A stretch of DNA of 64,000 nt from Bacteroidales bacterium UBA1205 (GCA_002309615.1 DBXT01000056.1:3671-67670); one strand, 5' to 3'. Numbered from the stretch's first letter, positions 27,213 through 37,458 are shown. Numbers and translations are program-made. Notes: a model not told the origin generated them from the letters alone.

Positions 27213-29039
27213 CTATTGCTGTTCTTTCTTTAATATCATTTCACAATTGCTACAATCAAAATCCAAATCCAGAACATGCTCTTTATACCGCAATCGCAGT
27301 ATTTTAGGCAAATTGCGAGCATTTTCGGACGCAAGGCACGCCCCCAATTCATACCGCAAACAATATTTGGTTCGCATCACTTCCTTGCCTTGAACGGCAT
27401 GAGTGCATTCCATAGCCATTTCATCCACCACGGCACCTTGTTTTTCATAAAATTCTTTAGCGGAATGATTACTCACATTCGCTTTATAATTCAAATGTTC
27501 GGTTAGCTCTACATGCATTGTTTTAGGCCGCGGCAGCGGGCGAACATGATTTTTCAGCAACAGTTCCGCATGTTTATCAAACAAATTCCTACGGGCATTA
27601 TTGAGTATGGATATCGGAATGAAATAAATATCCGACAATAGCAAATCCACTTTGGTCACCTCAAATATAGTTTCACTGCTTTTGCTCAATTGCTTCATCA
27701 TGCTGTTGCGGGCCATTGCTTCATTTTTTGCCTTTTCAGCTCCTGCTATTGCTATATTTTCCTCGGAGGTATTGCCCGACTCGTCGGTAAGCAGAATGTG
27801 GTAATGCTGCCCGCTGACGGAAACAACAATATTCACTTGTATTTTCCTTGTAGTCCGCTCTCTTTTAAGCTTGTTTAAAAATGTGATATCATAATTTCTA
27901 TATACAGGCATTCCTTTTCTCACATCCTGTTCTTTTGACTTGAAAACATGATTGTTTTGCACATTGTTCACGCTCATTCCTTCCAATTTTCCTTGTGCAT
28001 TCACCCAACAAAGCCCGTCCCCGTTAACAATGTTTTCCTGTGTGTCCACATGAAATGCCGTTGAAGTGCATCTATCTATTATACCCAAATATTTACCCAT
28101 GGATTTCGGGGTATTGAAATTGGCTGTTTTTTCTCTATTCCCGTGAATATAATAGGGGGTAAAACCGCGATTAAAGGTTTTGCTTTCATCGGGAATAAAA
28201 TCAAAATACACCTTGCCCAAAGAAGCTTTGGTATATAAATGCGGAAACTGTTCTTGTAAGGCATCCAACTGCCGGCGGTACGCACTCACCACGTTGGCAA
28301 CATAATATTCATCTTTAAGCCTTCCTTCTATTTTAAACGAACGCACACCTGCCGCCGCCATTTCGGCAATATATTGCTTACGGTTCATGTCTTTGAGAGA
28401 CAAATAATGTTGAGGAGGCAATATTCTATTTGCTTTTTCGTCTATCAATTCATATTCCAAACGACACGGTTGCGCACATGCCCCACGATTGGCACTTCTG
28501 TTGCCTATACTATAACTCAAATAACACTGCCCGCTGTAGCACACACACAAAGCACCATGCACAAAACATTCTATCTCTATATCGCACGCTTGATGAATGG
28601 CTCGAATTTGCTCTAACGACAGTTCGCGTGCCAATATCACACGACTCAACCCCCATTGTTGATAATGTTTAATTTTTTGTACATCCGCATTATGCATCTG
28701 TGTGCTGGCATGTAAAGATACCGGAGGCAGTGGCATGTTTAGCCAAGACACATCTTGTATAATAAACGCATCTACTCCTATGTCATACAAAGCATACGCC
28801 ATTTGGCGTGCTTGTTCCAATTCATTATCATACAATATGGTATTGAGCGTTGTATATACTTTTGCATGATACCGGTGTGCATATTGCACCACCTGTTGTA
28901 TATCTGATAATGTATTGCACGCATTCTGACGAGCACCGAAAGCCGTGCAACCCATATATACGGCATCGGCTCCATGATTGATAGCTGTTTGAGCCATCAA
29001 TACATTTTTGGCCGGAGCCAACAATTCCAATGTCTGCAT
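27213..29039 (-). CDS. Peptidase U32 family protein (long form, 608 aa)
   Basis: MQTLELLAPAKN..GADAVYMG N-terminus and ECFVHGALCVCYSGQCYLS signature. Confidence 0.85.
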   Translation of the reverse strand: MQTLELLAPAKNVLMAQTAINHGADAVYMGCTAFGARQNACNTLSDIQQVVQYAHRYHAKVYTTLNTILYDNELEQARQMAYALYDIGVDAFIIQDVSWLNMPLPPVSLHASTQMHNADVQKIKHYQQWGLSRVILARELSLEQIRAIHQACDIEIECFVHGALCVCYSGQCYLSYSIGNRSANRGACAQPCRLEYELIDEKANRILPPQHYLSLKDMNRKQYIAEMAAAGVRSFKIEGRLKDEYYVANVVSAYRRQLDALQEQFPHLYTKASLGKVYFDFIPDESKTFNRGFTPYYIHGNREKTANFNTPKSMGKYLGIIDRCTSTAFHVDTQENIVNGDGLCWVNAQGKLEGMSVNNVQNNHVFKSKEQDVRKGMPVYRNYDITFLNKLKRERTTRKIQVNIVVSVSGQHYHILLTDESGNTSEENIAIAGAEKAKNEAMARNSMMKQLSKSSETIFEVTKVDLLLSDIYFIPISILNNARRNLFDKHAELLLKNHVRPLPRPKTMHVELTEHLNYKANVSNHSAKEFYEKQGAVVDEMAMECTHAVQGKEVMRTKYCLRYELGACLASENARNLPKILRLRYKEHVLDLDFDCSNCEMILKKEQQ

Positions 29040-29042
29040 AGG

Positions 29043-30329
29043 CTATTGCAGCGGTTTGCCGTTTTGCATCAAATCCACCTCGTGTGTTGATTTGTCTTTT
29101 TTGTTATATATCTCCAAAGTGTAATATGGCTTTACTTCCGGAGCCGATACTTTATAAGCATGCTGAACCTCTCCTTTGGGATAAGCTGTTTCCGCAGCGG
29201 TACGCACTGCGTAAGGAACTTTTGCATAGTCTATTTCATTGCGTGTGTATTGCCATTGGGCATCGCTATCATAATATGCCATATTTTTCCCGTATTTATT
29301 GTTGAATACGGCTATCCATCCGCCGTCCCATTCTTCCCATTGAGCCGACATTTCCGGATATTGCGATGCAAAAGCATTTTTAAAGGCATCTGTCACTTCC
29401 CGTTTTTCCGGCTTGGCAGCTGCTGCTGTTTGCTCTATTTCTCTAAATTCATCCACCAACTTTAAGAAATTTCCGTCGCGGGTAAACCATACGGTGGCAT
29501 ATGGTTGATTGATACCATTGCGTTGGATGATGATTTTGTATATGTTTCCCTCTTCGGCAAATTCTTCTTCTACAATATAATCCACTTTTTTGAATATGTA
29601 ATCGGGATAATTTTTGTCCACCCATTTTTGAATACCGTTGGGCAACTCGCTACCGCTGATTTTAGCGGGATAGATATCTAATTGTCTGTCGGCTTCAAAT
29701 TCTTTTTTCAATTTAGCCTCCTCTCGTTGGGCTTTCTTATCCACGTATTCATCGTTTGCTTGTTTTTCTTCGGGTTCTATAATATTTATCAATTTGCCCG
29801 ACTTATCCAAATATATTTTGATAGGAGCCGATGTTTTGGCTTGCTTTCCCTCGGTGATATGCACCAAAAACTGATTATTTTTATCGCTACGGGTAATTTT
29901 ATATGCCGCACGCATTTTATATACGGGATAATACAATGCTATGGTTTTATAACATGACGAGAGCAAACTTTCCGGATCCATGCTCTCGGTGGTGGAAATC
30001 CAATATCCCGACTTACCGAACTCCGATTCCGTGGCGTTTTCTTTCATGGTATAACATGCGGTGTATATAGTATCACCGCTATTGTGCCATGTTACATCGG
30101 TAGCCGATGCAAAACGTTTTTTAAAAGTTTTGGCTACTCCTTCCGGTAGTTTATCTGCCGATATTAAGGTAGGGTCTACCTGTTCCGTAGCATATTTTTT
30201 AGCCACTTTTTTCTTTTGTTCATCCGAACCTTTTTGTGCGAATGCACCATTTAATATTACAAATGTGCAACACACCACACTCAATATCATTCTCCTATTT
30301 ATCATATCACGTATCATATTGTTATTCAT
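29043..30329 (-). CDS. Secreted PepSY-like (beta-lactamase-inhibitor-like) repeat protein
   Basis: Signal peptide plus four repeats of an LP..v...f...YP pattern: LPEGVAKTFKKRF, LPNGIQKWVDKNYPDY, VTDAFKNAFASQYPEM, VPYAVRTAAETAYPKG. Confidence 0.65.
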   Translation of the reverse strand: MNNNMIRDMINRRMILSVVCCTFVILNGAFAQKGSDEQKKKVAKKYATEQVDPTLISADKLPEGVAKTFKKRFASATDVTWHNSGDTIYTACYTMKENATESEFGKSGYWISTTESMDPESLLSSCYKTIALYYPVYKMRAAYKITRSDKNNQFLVHITEGKQAKTSAPIKIYLDKSGKLINIIEPEEKQANDEYVDKKAQREEAKLKKEFEADRQLDIYPAKISGSELPNGIQKWVDKNYPDYIFKKVDYIVEEEFAEEGNIYKIIIQRNGINQPYATVWFTRDGNFLKLVDEFREIEQTAAAAKPEKREVTDAFKNAFASQYPEMSAQWEEWDGGWIAVFNNKYGKNMAYYDSDAQWQYTRNEIDYAKVPYAVRTAAETAYPKGEVQHAYKVSAPEVKPYYTLEIYNKKDKSTHEVDLMQNGKPLQ

Positions 30330-30343
30330 TTCGTTTATTTCTA

Positions 30344-31525
30344 TTATTTATGTATATCATTATAGCAATCGTTAAACAAGTGCTCCAATATTTTGGTTGT
30401 TTCCACCCAATTGTAATGTTGTTTGACAAAGACATTGGCTTGTTGCGATATAGTTTGATATTGCTGCTTGTCGTGCAAGAGGGTATAGATGGCATCCACA
30501 TATCCCAACACACTATTGCATACCAATATTTCCTGATGACTCACCGCCTTAATCGGTTCGCTTGCCAAAGGTGATGTTATACACGGCAAACCCATGGACA
30601 TAGCCTCCAAAAGTTTGTTTTGCAATCCTGTGCCTAATTCCATAGGTGCCACAAATAATTTTGATTTGGCATAATATTCACGGATATCATCCACCCAGCC
30701 TGTAACCTCTACATATTTACTCCTTAACGACAACACCCGTGAAGAAGGGGTAACTCCACAGAGCACCACCCGTATATTCGGCTCTTTTTTCAACAATTGA
30801 GGTAAAATTTCTTTTACCAGATATTCACACGCAAAGATATTGGGCGTATACGACATATTACCGGTAAAAATGATATCGTATTTTTTCTCCACCGCTTGCG
30901 GCATAAAATACTGAGTGTCCACCCCGTTGGGCACTACCACTATTTTATTGCTCATAGGATGTTTAATCAAATCTCTATCTACCTGAGTAATAATAGTTTT
31001 ATGGTCAAAATCATTAAACACCTGCGATTCGTAATCTTGTAATCGCTTGTATTCCGACTTATATACCAATGCTTTAATACCTTTAGCACGTTTCATCATG
31101 CGATACATGCCTTTAGAAAACACATCTTGATAATCCAAAACTTTTTTTTCCGGACGATATCGCACATATTCTGCCGTGCGAATAAGTTGGGCATATATCA
31201 CATCGGGCTTAAGGGCATCCATTTGGGATTGAAAATATTTATACCAATGAGCATTGTAAAAATAACCGCATTGCATCGGCATTTTCTTGAAAAAAAATTT
31301 GATGACATTGGTTAAAATAGACCACTTTCCGATATTCATCACATGTATTTGCTTGCAATACGATGACAAAACAGCTATAGCTTGCGGGTGTATTTTTTTG
31401 TCATTAAGGGCATACAAATATATCTCGTGCCGTTGCGAAAGCTCTTTTATTTGATTATAGGCTCGCAATTTATCACCTTTCTCCAAAGGATATGGTACTC
31501 TTGATAATAAAATGGCTATTTTCAA
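30344..31525 (-). CDS. Glycosyltransferase family 4 (GT-B), TTG start
   Basis: (M)KIAILLSRVPYPLEKGDKLRAY family N-terminus begins exactly at the TTG at 31523-31525. C-terminal ELGTGLQNKLLEAMSMGLPCI. Confidence 0.8.
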   Translation of the reverse strand: MKIAILLSRVPYPLEKGDKLRAYNQIKELSQRHEIYLYALNDKKIHPQAIAVLSSYCKQIHVMNIGKWSILTNVIKFFFKKMPMQCGYFYNAHWYKYFQSQMDALKPDVIYAQLIRTAEYVRYRPEKKVLDYQDVFSKGMYRMMKRAKGIKALVYKSEYKRLQDYESQVFNDFDHKTIITQVDRDLIKHPMSNKIVVVPNGVDTQYFMPQAVEKKYDIIFTGNMSYTPNIFACEYLVKEILPQLLKKEPNIRVVLCGVTPSSRVLSLRSKYVEVTGWVDDIREYYAKSKLFVAPMELGTGLQNKLLEAMSMGLPCITSPLASEPIKAVSHQEILVCNSVLGYVDAIYTLLHDKQQYQTISQQANVFVKQHYNWVETTKILEHLFNDCYNDIHK

Positions 31526-31547
31526 AATATTTCTATAATATTGTTTA

Positions 31548-31555
31548 CAAAGGTA
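31548..31555 (-). promoter_or_regulatory. -7 promoter box (TACCTTTG on the - strand) for the GT4-PepSY-U32 unit
   Basis: CAAAGGTA on the + strand, 22 nt upstream of TTG start 31525. Confidence 0.5.
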
Positions 31556-31841
31556 ACACTTTTTTATGATATATGCCCTGTATTCTTACAAAGGCAAAAT
31601 TACAATATTTTTTTACCAAAATATGCTCATATCATCTCTCTTCTCTTAAAATAAAGGCAAATTTCCTGCCAAAAAATCGATTTCGCTGTAACACATTTTA
31701 TTACAAACATATACGATTACCATATTATTTTTGTATTGCAAGAGAACTTCCGTTTTTGAAGGCTGGATATGTAGCTTGTAATTCATATAAAATTGTTAAA
31801 AAAAAAATAAAACAGGGCTTAAGTCGTTTATAAAAAAAACT

Positions 31842-31849
31842 TACATTTG
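31842..31849 (+). promoter_or_regulatory. -7 promoter box TACATTTG for parC
   Basis: Exact TAnnTTTG match, 58 nt upstream of ATG 31908. This leader is longer than the others. Confidence 0.4.
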
Positions 31850-31907
31850 TATTTTGTTACCATTACCCGCTTATTGATAATAAGTATTACTCATTAACAA
31901 TTAATTT

Positions 31908-34553
31908 ATGGCAGAGGAAGATATTACTATTGACAATAATACCGAAGGAGGTGCTGACAACCACACCGACAACATGGGTTTGCAAAAAATATTGCATGTA
32001 AACGACATGTTTGAAAATTGGTTTTTGGATTATGCCTCTTATGTCAATTTGGAACGTGCGGTTCCGCATATCACCGACGGGCTCAAACCCGTACAAAGGC
32101 GTGTGTTGCACTCCATGAAAGAGCTTGACGACGGACGATATATCAAAGTAGCCACCATAGTAGGAAATACCATGAAATATCACCCTCACGGCGATTCTTC
32201 TATAGGAGATGCTTTAGTGAATATAGGACAAAAAGAGCTCTTGATAGATTGTCAGGGCAACTGGGGAAACATACTCACCGGCGATGGTGCCGCCGCACCT
32301 CGTTACATAGAAGCCCGCCTTTCAAAATTTGCATTGGACGTGGTATTCAATCCTAAAATCACCCAATGGAAATTGTCGTATGACGGCCGCAATAAAGAGC
32401 CGGTATGGTTACCGGTGAAATATCCTTTGCTTTTAGCTCAAGGCACCAACGGCATAGGCGTGGGTTTGCAATCTTACATTTTACCGCACAATTTCAATGA
32501 AATCATAGATGCCTCTATAGCCTATTTGCAAGGCAAAGATTTTGTGCTATACCCTGATTTTCTCACAGGCGGGCTCATTGATGTAAACAATTACCGTGGC
32601 GGCCTGCGTGGCGGCAAAATCACGGCAAGGGTCCGTATAGAACAAAACGACAAAAAAGAACTCATCATCACCGAAATACCTTTCGGCATCACCTCCATGG
32701 ACTTAATAGAGAACCTTGAAAAAATGAAAAATGCAGGGAAAATACCTATTAAGAAAATATTGGACCACACTTCCGATAAAGTGGAAATTGTATTGCAATT
32801 AGAGAACAATGTATCTATAGACCAAACCATAGATGCTCTTTATGCTTTTACCGACTGCCAAAGAAGCATTGCCACCAACGCATGCGTGATAGAAAACGAT
32901 AAACCGGTGTTCGTGGATGTAAACTACATTCTTAAAGCCAGCACCAACAATACCATGGACCTGCTCAAACAAGAGTTGGAAATAAGTTTGCAAGAGCTCA
33001 ACGACCAATGGCATTGGATATCGTTGGAAAAAATATTCTTTGAACAAGGAATATACAAAGAGTTAGAAAAAGACCAAGATAGTTTTGATGATCAAATCAC
33101 TTGCATAGAACGAGATTTTGACCCCTACCGTTCTCATTTCAAAACAGAGATAACCCGTGAAGACGTGCTCAAACTCACAGAAAAACCTGTTCGTAAAATT
33201 TCAAAATTTGATATCAAACAAGCAGAAGAAAATCTTGCAGACATAGAATCACAAATAGCCGCTATTACCGACCAATTGAATCATTTGGTGGAATACACCA
33301 TACAATATTTTAAAGATATTAAACGAAAATACGGGAAAGGGCGGGAACGCCGCACCGAAATTCGCAATTTTGACACCATTTCGGTACCTGCAGCCGCTAT
33401 TGCCAATCAAAAACTTTATGCCGACCTTGAAAAAGGATTTATCGGCACCTCGCTCAAGAAAAACACTTTCGTATGCGAATGCTCCGATATAGATGAAATT
33501 ATTGTATTCCGCAGAGATGGTAAATTTATGGTTACCAAAGTGTGCGAGAAAAAGTTTGTAGGTGAAGACATTATACACGTAAACGTGTTCAAACGCAATG
33601 ACGACCGCACTATTTACAATGTCATTTATAGTCATGGTAAAAACGGCACTGCTTTTGCCAAACGTTTTGCCGTAGGCGGTATTACGCGAGACAAATTATA
33701 CGACCTCACCCAAGGTGCCGCCGGTTCAAAGATATTGTATTTTTCTCCTAATGCCAACGGTGAAGCCGAAATAGTAAAAATAGTTCTCAAACCCAAACCC
33801 AAACTCAAAAAAGTCAATTTTGAATACGATTTCAGCACACTCGCCATCAAAGGTCGTAGCTCTATGGGTAACATCGTATCGCGTAACCCCATTAAAAACA
33901 TCGGTCTTTATAGAGAAGGCTACTCCACTTTGGGCGACAGAGAAGTATGGTTTGACGACAGCAACAACAAAATCAATTTTGAAAAACGAGGCTATAAATT
34001 AGGAGATTTCTCAGCCAACGACAAAGTGATAGCATTTTATCAAAGCGGCTACTACAAAATCACCGGTTTTGACAGCAATGTCCACTTTGACGATGAACTG
34101 GTAGGCATAGAAAAACTCATTCCCGACAAGCCCATTACCGCTATCTATTTGGAAACAGAAAAGAAAAAATATTATATCAAACGTTTCTTACCGGAAATAT
34201 CCGATAAAAGAGTGGACTTTGTCAACAAAGAAAACAACCAGTCGTTGGAATTGCTCAGCACCAACTATATGCCGCAAATAGAGGTGTGCTACTATATTAA
34301 AGATAAAAAAGACAAGCAAACCACCATTATTTCACCCCATGAATATGTTGAAATAATGAAACTCAAATCCAAAGGGAAACGCATAGCCATAGACAACATA
34401 TTATCATTCAGCGAAACGGACCCCATACCTTATGTGGCACCCGAACAGCCCGCACCGCCTATGGAACAAACACCTGAAGGCTCGCAAGCCTCTTTTGATG
34501 ACGATAACAATCACGATTCCGGCATAGGAGTACAAATGAGTTTGGATATATAA
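31908..34553 (+). CDS. parC: DNA topoisomerase IV subunit A
   Basis: WFLDYASYVNLERAVPHITDGLKPVQRRVLHSM, YHPHGDSSIGDALV, catalytic Tyr in AAAPRYIEARL. 881 aa with an acidic tail. Confidence 0.88.
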   Translation: MAEEDITIDNNTEGGADNHTDNMGLQKILHVNDMFENWFLDYASYVNLERAVPHITDGLKPVQRRVLHSMKELDDGRYIKVATIVGNTMKYHPHGDSSIGDALVNIGQKELLIDCQGNWGNILTGDGAAAPRYIEARLSKFALDVVFNPKITQWKLSYDGRNKEPVWLPVKYPLLLAQGTNGIGVGLQSYILPHNFNEIIDASIAYLQGKDFVLYPDFLTGGLIDVNNYRGGLRGGKITARVRIEQNDKKELIITEIPFGITSMDLIENLEKMKNAGKIPIKKILDHTSDKVEIVLQLENNVSIDQTIDALYAFTDCQRSIATNACVIENDKPVFVDVNYILKASTNNTMDLLKQELEISLQELNDQWHWISLEKIFFEQGIYKELEKDQDSFDDQITCIERDFDPYRSHFKTEITREDVLKLTEKPVRKISKFDIKQAEENLADIESQIAAITDQLNHLVEYTIQYFKDIKRKYGKGRERRTEIRNFDTISVPAAAIANQKLYADLEKGFIGTSLKKNTFVCECSDIDEIIVFRRDGKFMVTKVCEKKFVGEDIIHVNVFKRNDDRTIYNVIYSHGKNGTAFAKRFAVGGITRDKLYDLTQGAAGSKILYFSPNANGEAEIVKIVLKPKPKLKKVNFEYDFSTLAIKGRSSMGNIVSRNPIKNIGLYREGYSTLGDREVWFDDSNNKINFEKRGYKLGDFSANDKVIAFYQSGYYKITGFDSNVHFDDELVGIEKLIPDKPITAIYLETEKKKYYIKRFLPEISDKRVDFVNKENNQSLELLSTNYMPQIEVCYYIKDKKDKQTTIISPHEYVEIMKLKSKGKRIAIDNILSFSETDPIPYVAPEQPAPPMEQTPEGSQASFDDDNNHDSGIGVQMSLDI

Positions 34554-35191
34554 TGAAAAAACGGATATTGCTATTAGTCTTAGTGTGTGTCGCTGCATAC
34601 ACACAAGCCGCAGACCTGACAGGAGTTGCACAAAGTGCAAAAAAAAACAGCAACTATACCATATATTCCAAACAAAGGTTAGTCCGTGGCGGTATTGACT
34701 TCGGATTTGATGTACCTCTTTATCAAAAAGACTTCGGCTCCCGATTCAAAATAAACCAATCCCTTAATTTTGAAATAGGTGCCTATGCCCGCATAGGGCG
34801 ACAGTTTTACGGACAAGTGGGCATATATTATTTTATCAATAAATTGCAAGTCACCAACCTCAACACCCAAGCCGATTCGCCTATAGAATTAGGGCAGCTA
34901 TATGTACCTGCCCTGTTTGTGTACGGCTTGCCGTGGGGCAACAAAAATATGTTTACCGCCAAAGTAGGCCTTGCCTATCATGGATTAGTAAAACTCACCA
35001 ACAATAAAATAGACTTCACCAAAAGTGACATCCGATGTCATAACCTGAATTTTATGATAGGCGCAGGATTGGAAATAAGCAATTTTACTTTTAACATCAC
35101 TTATAAAAAAGCCTTTTTCCCTTTGGGCAAAGCATCCGATAGTCACTACTACCAAGATATGCTTTGCTTTTCCATAGGAGTGATTATATAA
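34553..35191 (+). CDS. Outer-membrane beta-barrel (porin-family-like) protein
   Basis: Signal peptide MKKRILLLVLVCVAAYTQA, strand-like periodicity. The start overlaps the parC stop (TAATG). Confidence 0.55.
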   Translation: MKKRILLLVLVCVAAYTQAADLTGVAQSAKKNSNYTIYSKQRLVRGGIDFGFDVPLYQKDFGSRFKINQSLNFEIGAYARIGRQFYGQVGIYYFINKLQVTNLNTQADSPIELGQLYVPALFVYGLPWGNKNMFTAKVGLAYHGLVKLTNNKIDFTKSDIRCHNLNFMIGAGLEISNFTFNITYKKAFFPLGKASDSHYYQDMLCFSIGVII

Positions 35192-35261
35192 CAGCATTTT
35201 GTAAGCTTGCGTTTGCTATTGCTTTTAGTATCTGTTTTCTATTTATAGCCTAAATTCAATC

Positions 35262-35300
35262 AAAAAAAAAGAGATTGCTATGCAATCTCTTTATAAATTT
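35262..35300. terminator. Bidirectional terminator between convergent genes
   Basis: 11-bp stem AAAGAGATTGC (35268-35278) / GCAATCTCTTT (35282-35292) with loop TAT. A9 run before it and T-rich sequence after it. Confidence 0.7.
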
Positions 35301-35313
35301 TTCCTTCTGATTA

Positions 35314-36024
35314 TTACCGCATATTATGGAACACATTGGTAACATCATCGTCTTCTTCCAAGCGTTCTATCAATTTTTCCACATCGGCTCTTTGTTCTTC
35401 GGTAACTTCTTTGGTATCGTTAGGAATGCGTTCAAATTGGAAAGATTTGATTTCAAATTGATTGTCTTCCAAATATTTTTGCACGGGGCCAAAAGATTGA
35501 AAATCGGCGTATATCATAATATCGCCCTCATCTTCAAACACTTCTTCCACACCGTAATCTATTAACGACAATTCCAACTCTTCCAAATCCAAGCCATCTT
35601 TGCCGGCAACTTTAAAACTACATTTACGGTCAAACAAGAAATCCAACATACCTTGTGTGCCCAAATTGCCACCTAATTTATTGAAATAAGAACGGATGTT
35701 AGCCACCGTACGCTGATGATTATCGGTAGCGGTTTCTATCACCAAAGCAATGCCGTGAGGGGCATATCCTTCATATACTATTTCTTTATAATCGGAGGTA
35801 TCTTTTTCAAAAGCTCTTTTAATGGCACGTTCCACATTTTCTTTCGGCATATTCTCCGAACGTGCATTTTGAACAAGCAAACGCAAACGAGGATTGGAAT
35901 CAGGATCGCCTCCTCCTGCTTTTGCTGCCATAGTAATTTCTTTACCCAAACGGGTAAATACTCTTGCCATATTTCCCCAACGTTTAAATTTTCTTGCTTT
36001 TCTATATTCAAATGCTCTTCCCAT
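35314..36024 (-). CDS. yebC: YebC/PmpR-family transcriptional regulator
   Basis: MGRAFEYRKARKFKRWGNMARVFTRLGKEI family N-terminus starts at ATG 36024. The track start at 36051 is a TTG inside the -7 box. Confidence 0.88.
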   Translation of the reverse strand: MGRAFEYRKARKFKRWGNMARVFTRLGKEITMAAKAGGGDPDSNPRLRLLVQNARSENMPKENVERAIKRAFEKDTSDYKEIVYEGYAPHGIALVIETATDNHQRTVANIRSYFNKLGGNLGTQGMLDFLFDRKCSFKVAGKDGLDLEELELSLIDYGVEEVFEDEGDIMIYADFQSFGPVQKYLEDNQFEIKSFQFERIPNDTKEVTEEQRADVEKLIERLEEDDDVTNVFHNMR

Positions 36025-36048
36025 ATTACTATTTTTTTTAAAGAATTG

Positions 36049-36056
36049 CAAAAATA
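36049..36056 (-). promoter_or_regulatory. -7 promoter box (TATTTTTG on the - strand) for yebC
   Basis: CAAAAATA on the + strand, 24 nt upstream of ATG 36024. Confidence 0.5.
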
Positions 36057-36107
36057 CTAAAAAAATTCATACTAAAAAAAGATTATCGATATTTTTTACA
36101 CACTTGT

Positions 36108-37457
36108 TTATTCAAACAACTGCTTTAACATATCAGCTATTCTTGCCACCTTCACCACTTTTATTTCTTTGGAATTCTCCGCACCGGTGTCGGATACAAA
36201 AATACGTTTATACCCTAATTTGGCAGCTTCGTTGATGCGTTGTTGCATCCGTGTTACCGGTCTTATTTCTCCCGAGAGGCTGATTTCACCGGCAAAACAA
36301 ACTTTTTCATTAACGGCAATATCCGTTACCGAAGAAAGAAGCGATGCCACCACAGCCAAATCGGTAGCGGTATCGTAAGTTTTGATACCGCCGGCCACAT
36401 TCAAAAACACATCGTGCGAGCCGAATTTAAAACCACATTTTTTATCCAAAACAGCCAACAACATGTTTAATCTACGGATATCAAAACCGGTAGCAGAACG
36501 CTGCGGACTGCCGTAAACGGCCGGAGCCACCAAAGTTTGTATTTCCAACATCATGGGACGCATACCTTCCATAGTACAAGCAACAGCCACTCCCGACACA
36601 TCTTCTCCATGATGAGATATAAGCATTTCAGAAGGATTACCTATTTCACGCAAGCCTTCTTGTGTCATTTCAAATATTCCTATTTCCGAGGTGGAACCAA
36701 AACGATTTTTTACCGCTCTCAACATCCGATACATATAATGGCTGTCCCCTTCAAACTGTAACACCACATCCACTATGTGTTCCAAAACTTTAGGTCCTGC
36801 TATCACTCCGTCTTTGGTAATATGTCCTATCAAAAACACAGGAACCCCTGTATTTTTGGCAAATTGTTGCAATTGAGATGCTGTTTCCCTTATTTGAGAT
36901 ACCGTTCCCGCTGACGATTCCAATGTGGATGTTTGCAATGTTTGTATGGAATCCACTATCAACATTTGCGGTTTAAGTGTTTCTATGTGAGAAAAGATGG
37001 TTTCTATATTCGTCTCGTTGAGTATATAAAAATTCTCACTTGCCCTATCGCTCATACGCATGGCACGCAATTTTATTTGCGAGGCACTCTCTTCTCCCGA
37101 TACATATAATATTTTTACCTTTGTAAGCCTCATTGCCAATTGCAACATCAGGGTGGACTTGCCTATGCCGGGGTCTCCTCCCAACAAAATAACCGAGCCG
37201 GGAACAACACCTCCGCCCATCACCCTGTCGACTTCGGCTACATCAGAAACTATACGAGCGAAATCGCTATCCGCAATTTCGCTCAATAGGCGTGGCTTGC
37301 TATTATTAGCAGCCGACTGTTTGGTATTTTTTGTTTCTTTATGTATAACCTCTTCCACAAAAGTGTTCCATTGTCCGCATGCGTTACAGCGACCGAGCCA
37401 TGTTGCTGATTGCGCCCCGCAATTTTGGCAATAGTATACACTTTTGGATTTGGCCAT
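36108..37457 (-). CDS. radA: DNA repair protein RadA
   Basis: Zinc finger YYCQNCG..CNACG, Walker A GGDPGIGKST, KNRFG motif, Lon-like C-terminal domain. The ATG at 37457 (MAKSKSVYYC) is preferred over the TTG at 37493. Confidence 0.93.
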   Translation of the reverse strand: MAKSKSVYYCQNCGAQSATWLGRCNACGQWNTFVEEVIHKETKNTKQSAANNSKPRLLSEIADSDFARIVSDVAEVDRVMGGGVVPGSVILLGGDPGIGKSTLMLQLAMRLTKVKILYVSGEESASQIKLRAMRMSDRASENFYILNETNIETIFSHIETLKPQMLIVDSIQTLQTSTLESSAGTVSQIRETASQLQQFAKNTGVPVFLIGHITKDGVIAGPKVLEHIVDVVLQFEGDSHYMYRMLRAVKNRFGSTSEIGIFEMTQEGLREIGNPSEMLISHHGEDVSGVAVACTMEGMRPMMLEIQTLVAPAVYGSPQRSATGFDIRRLNMLLAVLDKKCGFKFGSHDVFLNVAGGIKTYDTATDLAVVASLLSSVTDIAVNEKVCFAGEISLSGEIRPVTRMQQRINEAAKLGYKRIFVSDTGAENSKEIKVVKVARIADMLKQLFE

Positions 37458-37458
37458 A

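Noticed and set aside
31573-31833. An 86-aa + strand ORF in the 382-bp divergent gap between the GT4 operon and parC. An extra + strand TATTTTTG box lies at 31726-31733 and an extra - strand box at 31595-31602.
   Set aside because: The translation is basic, low-complexity and unconvincing. The extra boxes have no start codon at the usual distance. A small RNA or alternative promoter is possible, but the sequence alone does not support it.
35262-35270. Homopolymer runs of 8-10 A or T (for example 35262-35270, 3915-3923, 31795-31807, 55163-55171, and a T7 inside the C-terminal-domain coding region near 42745) considered as slipped-strand phase-variation tracts for the surface proteins.
   Set aside because: The long tracts are all intergenic and are explained as terminator or promoter flanks. 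The tracts inside the giant genes are 7 nt or shorter, and no inverted repeats flank their promoters.
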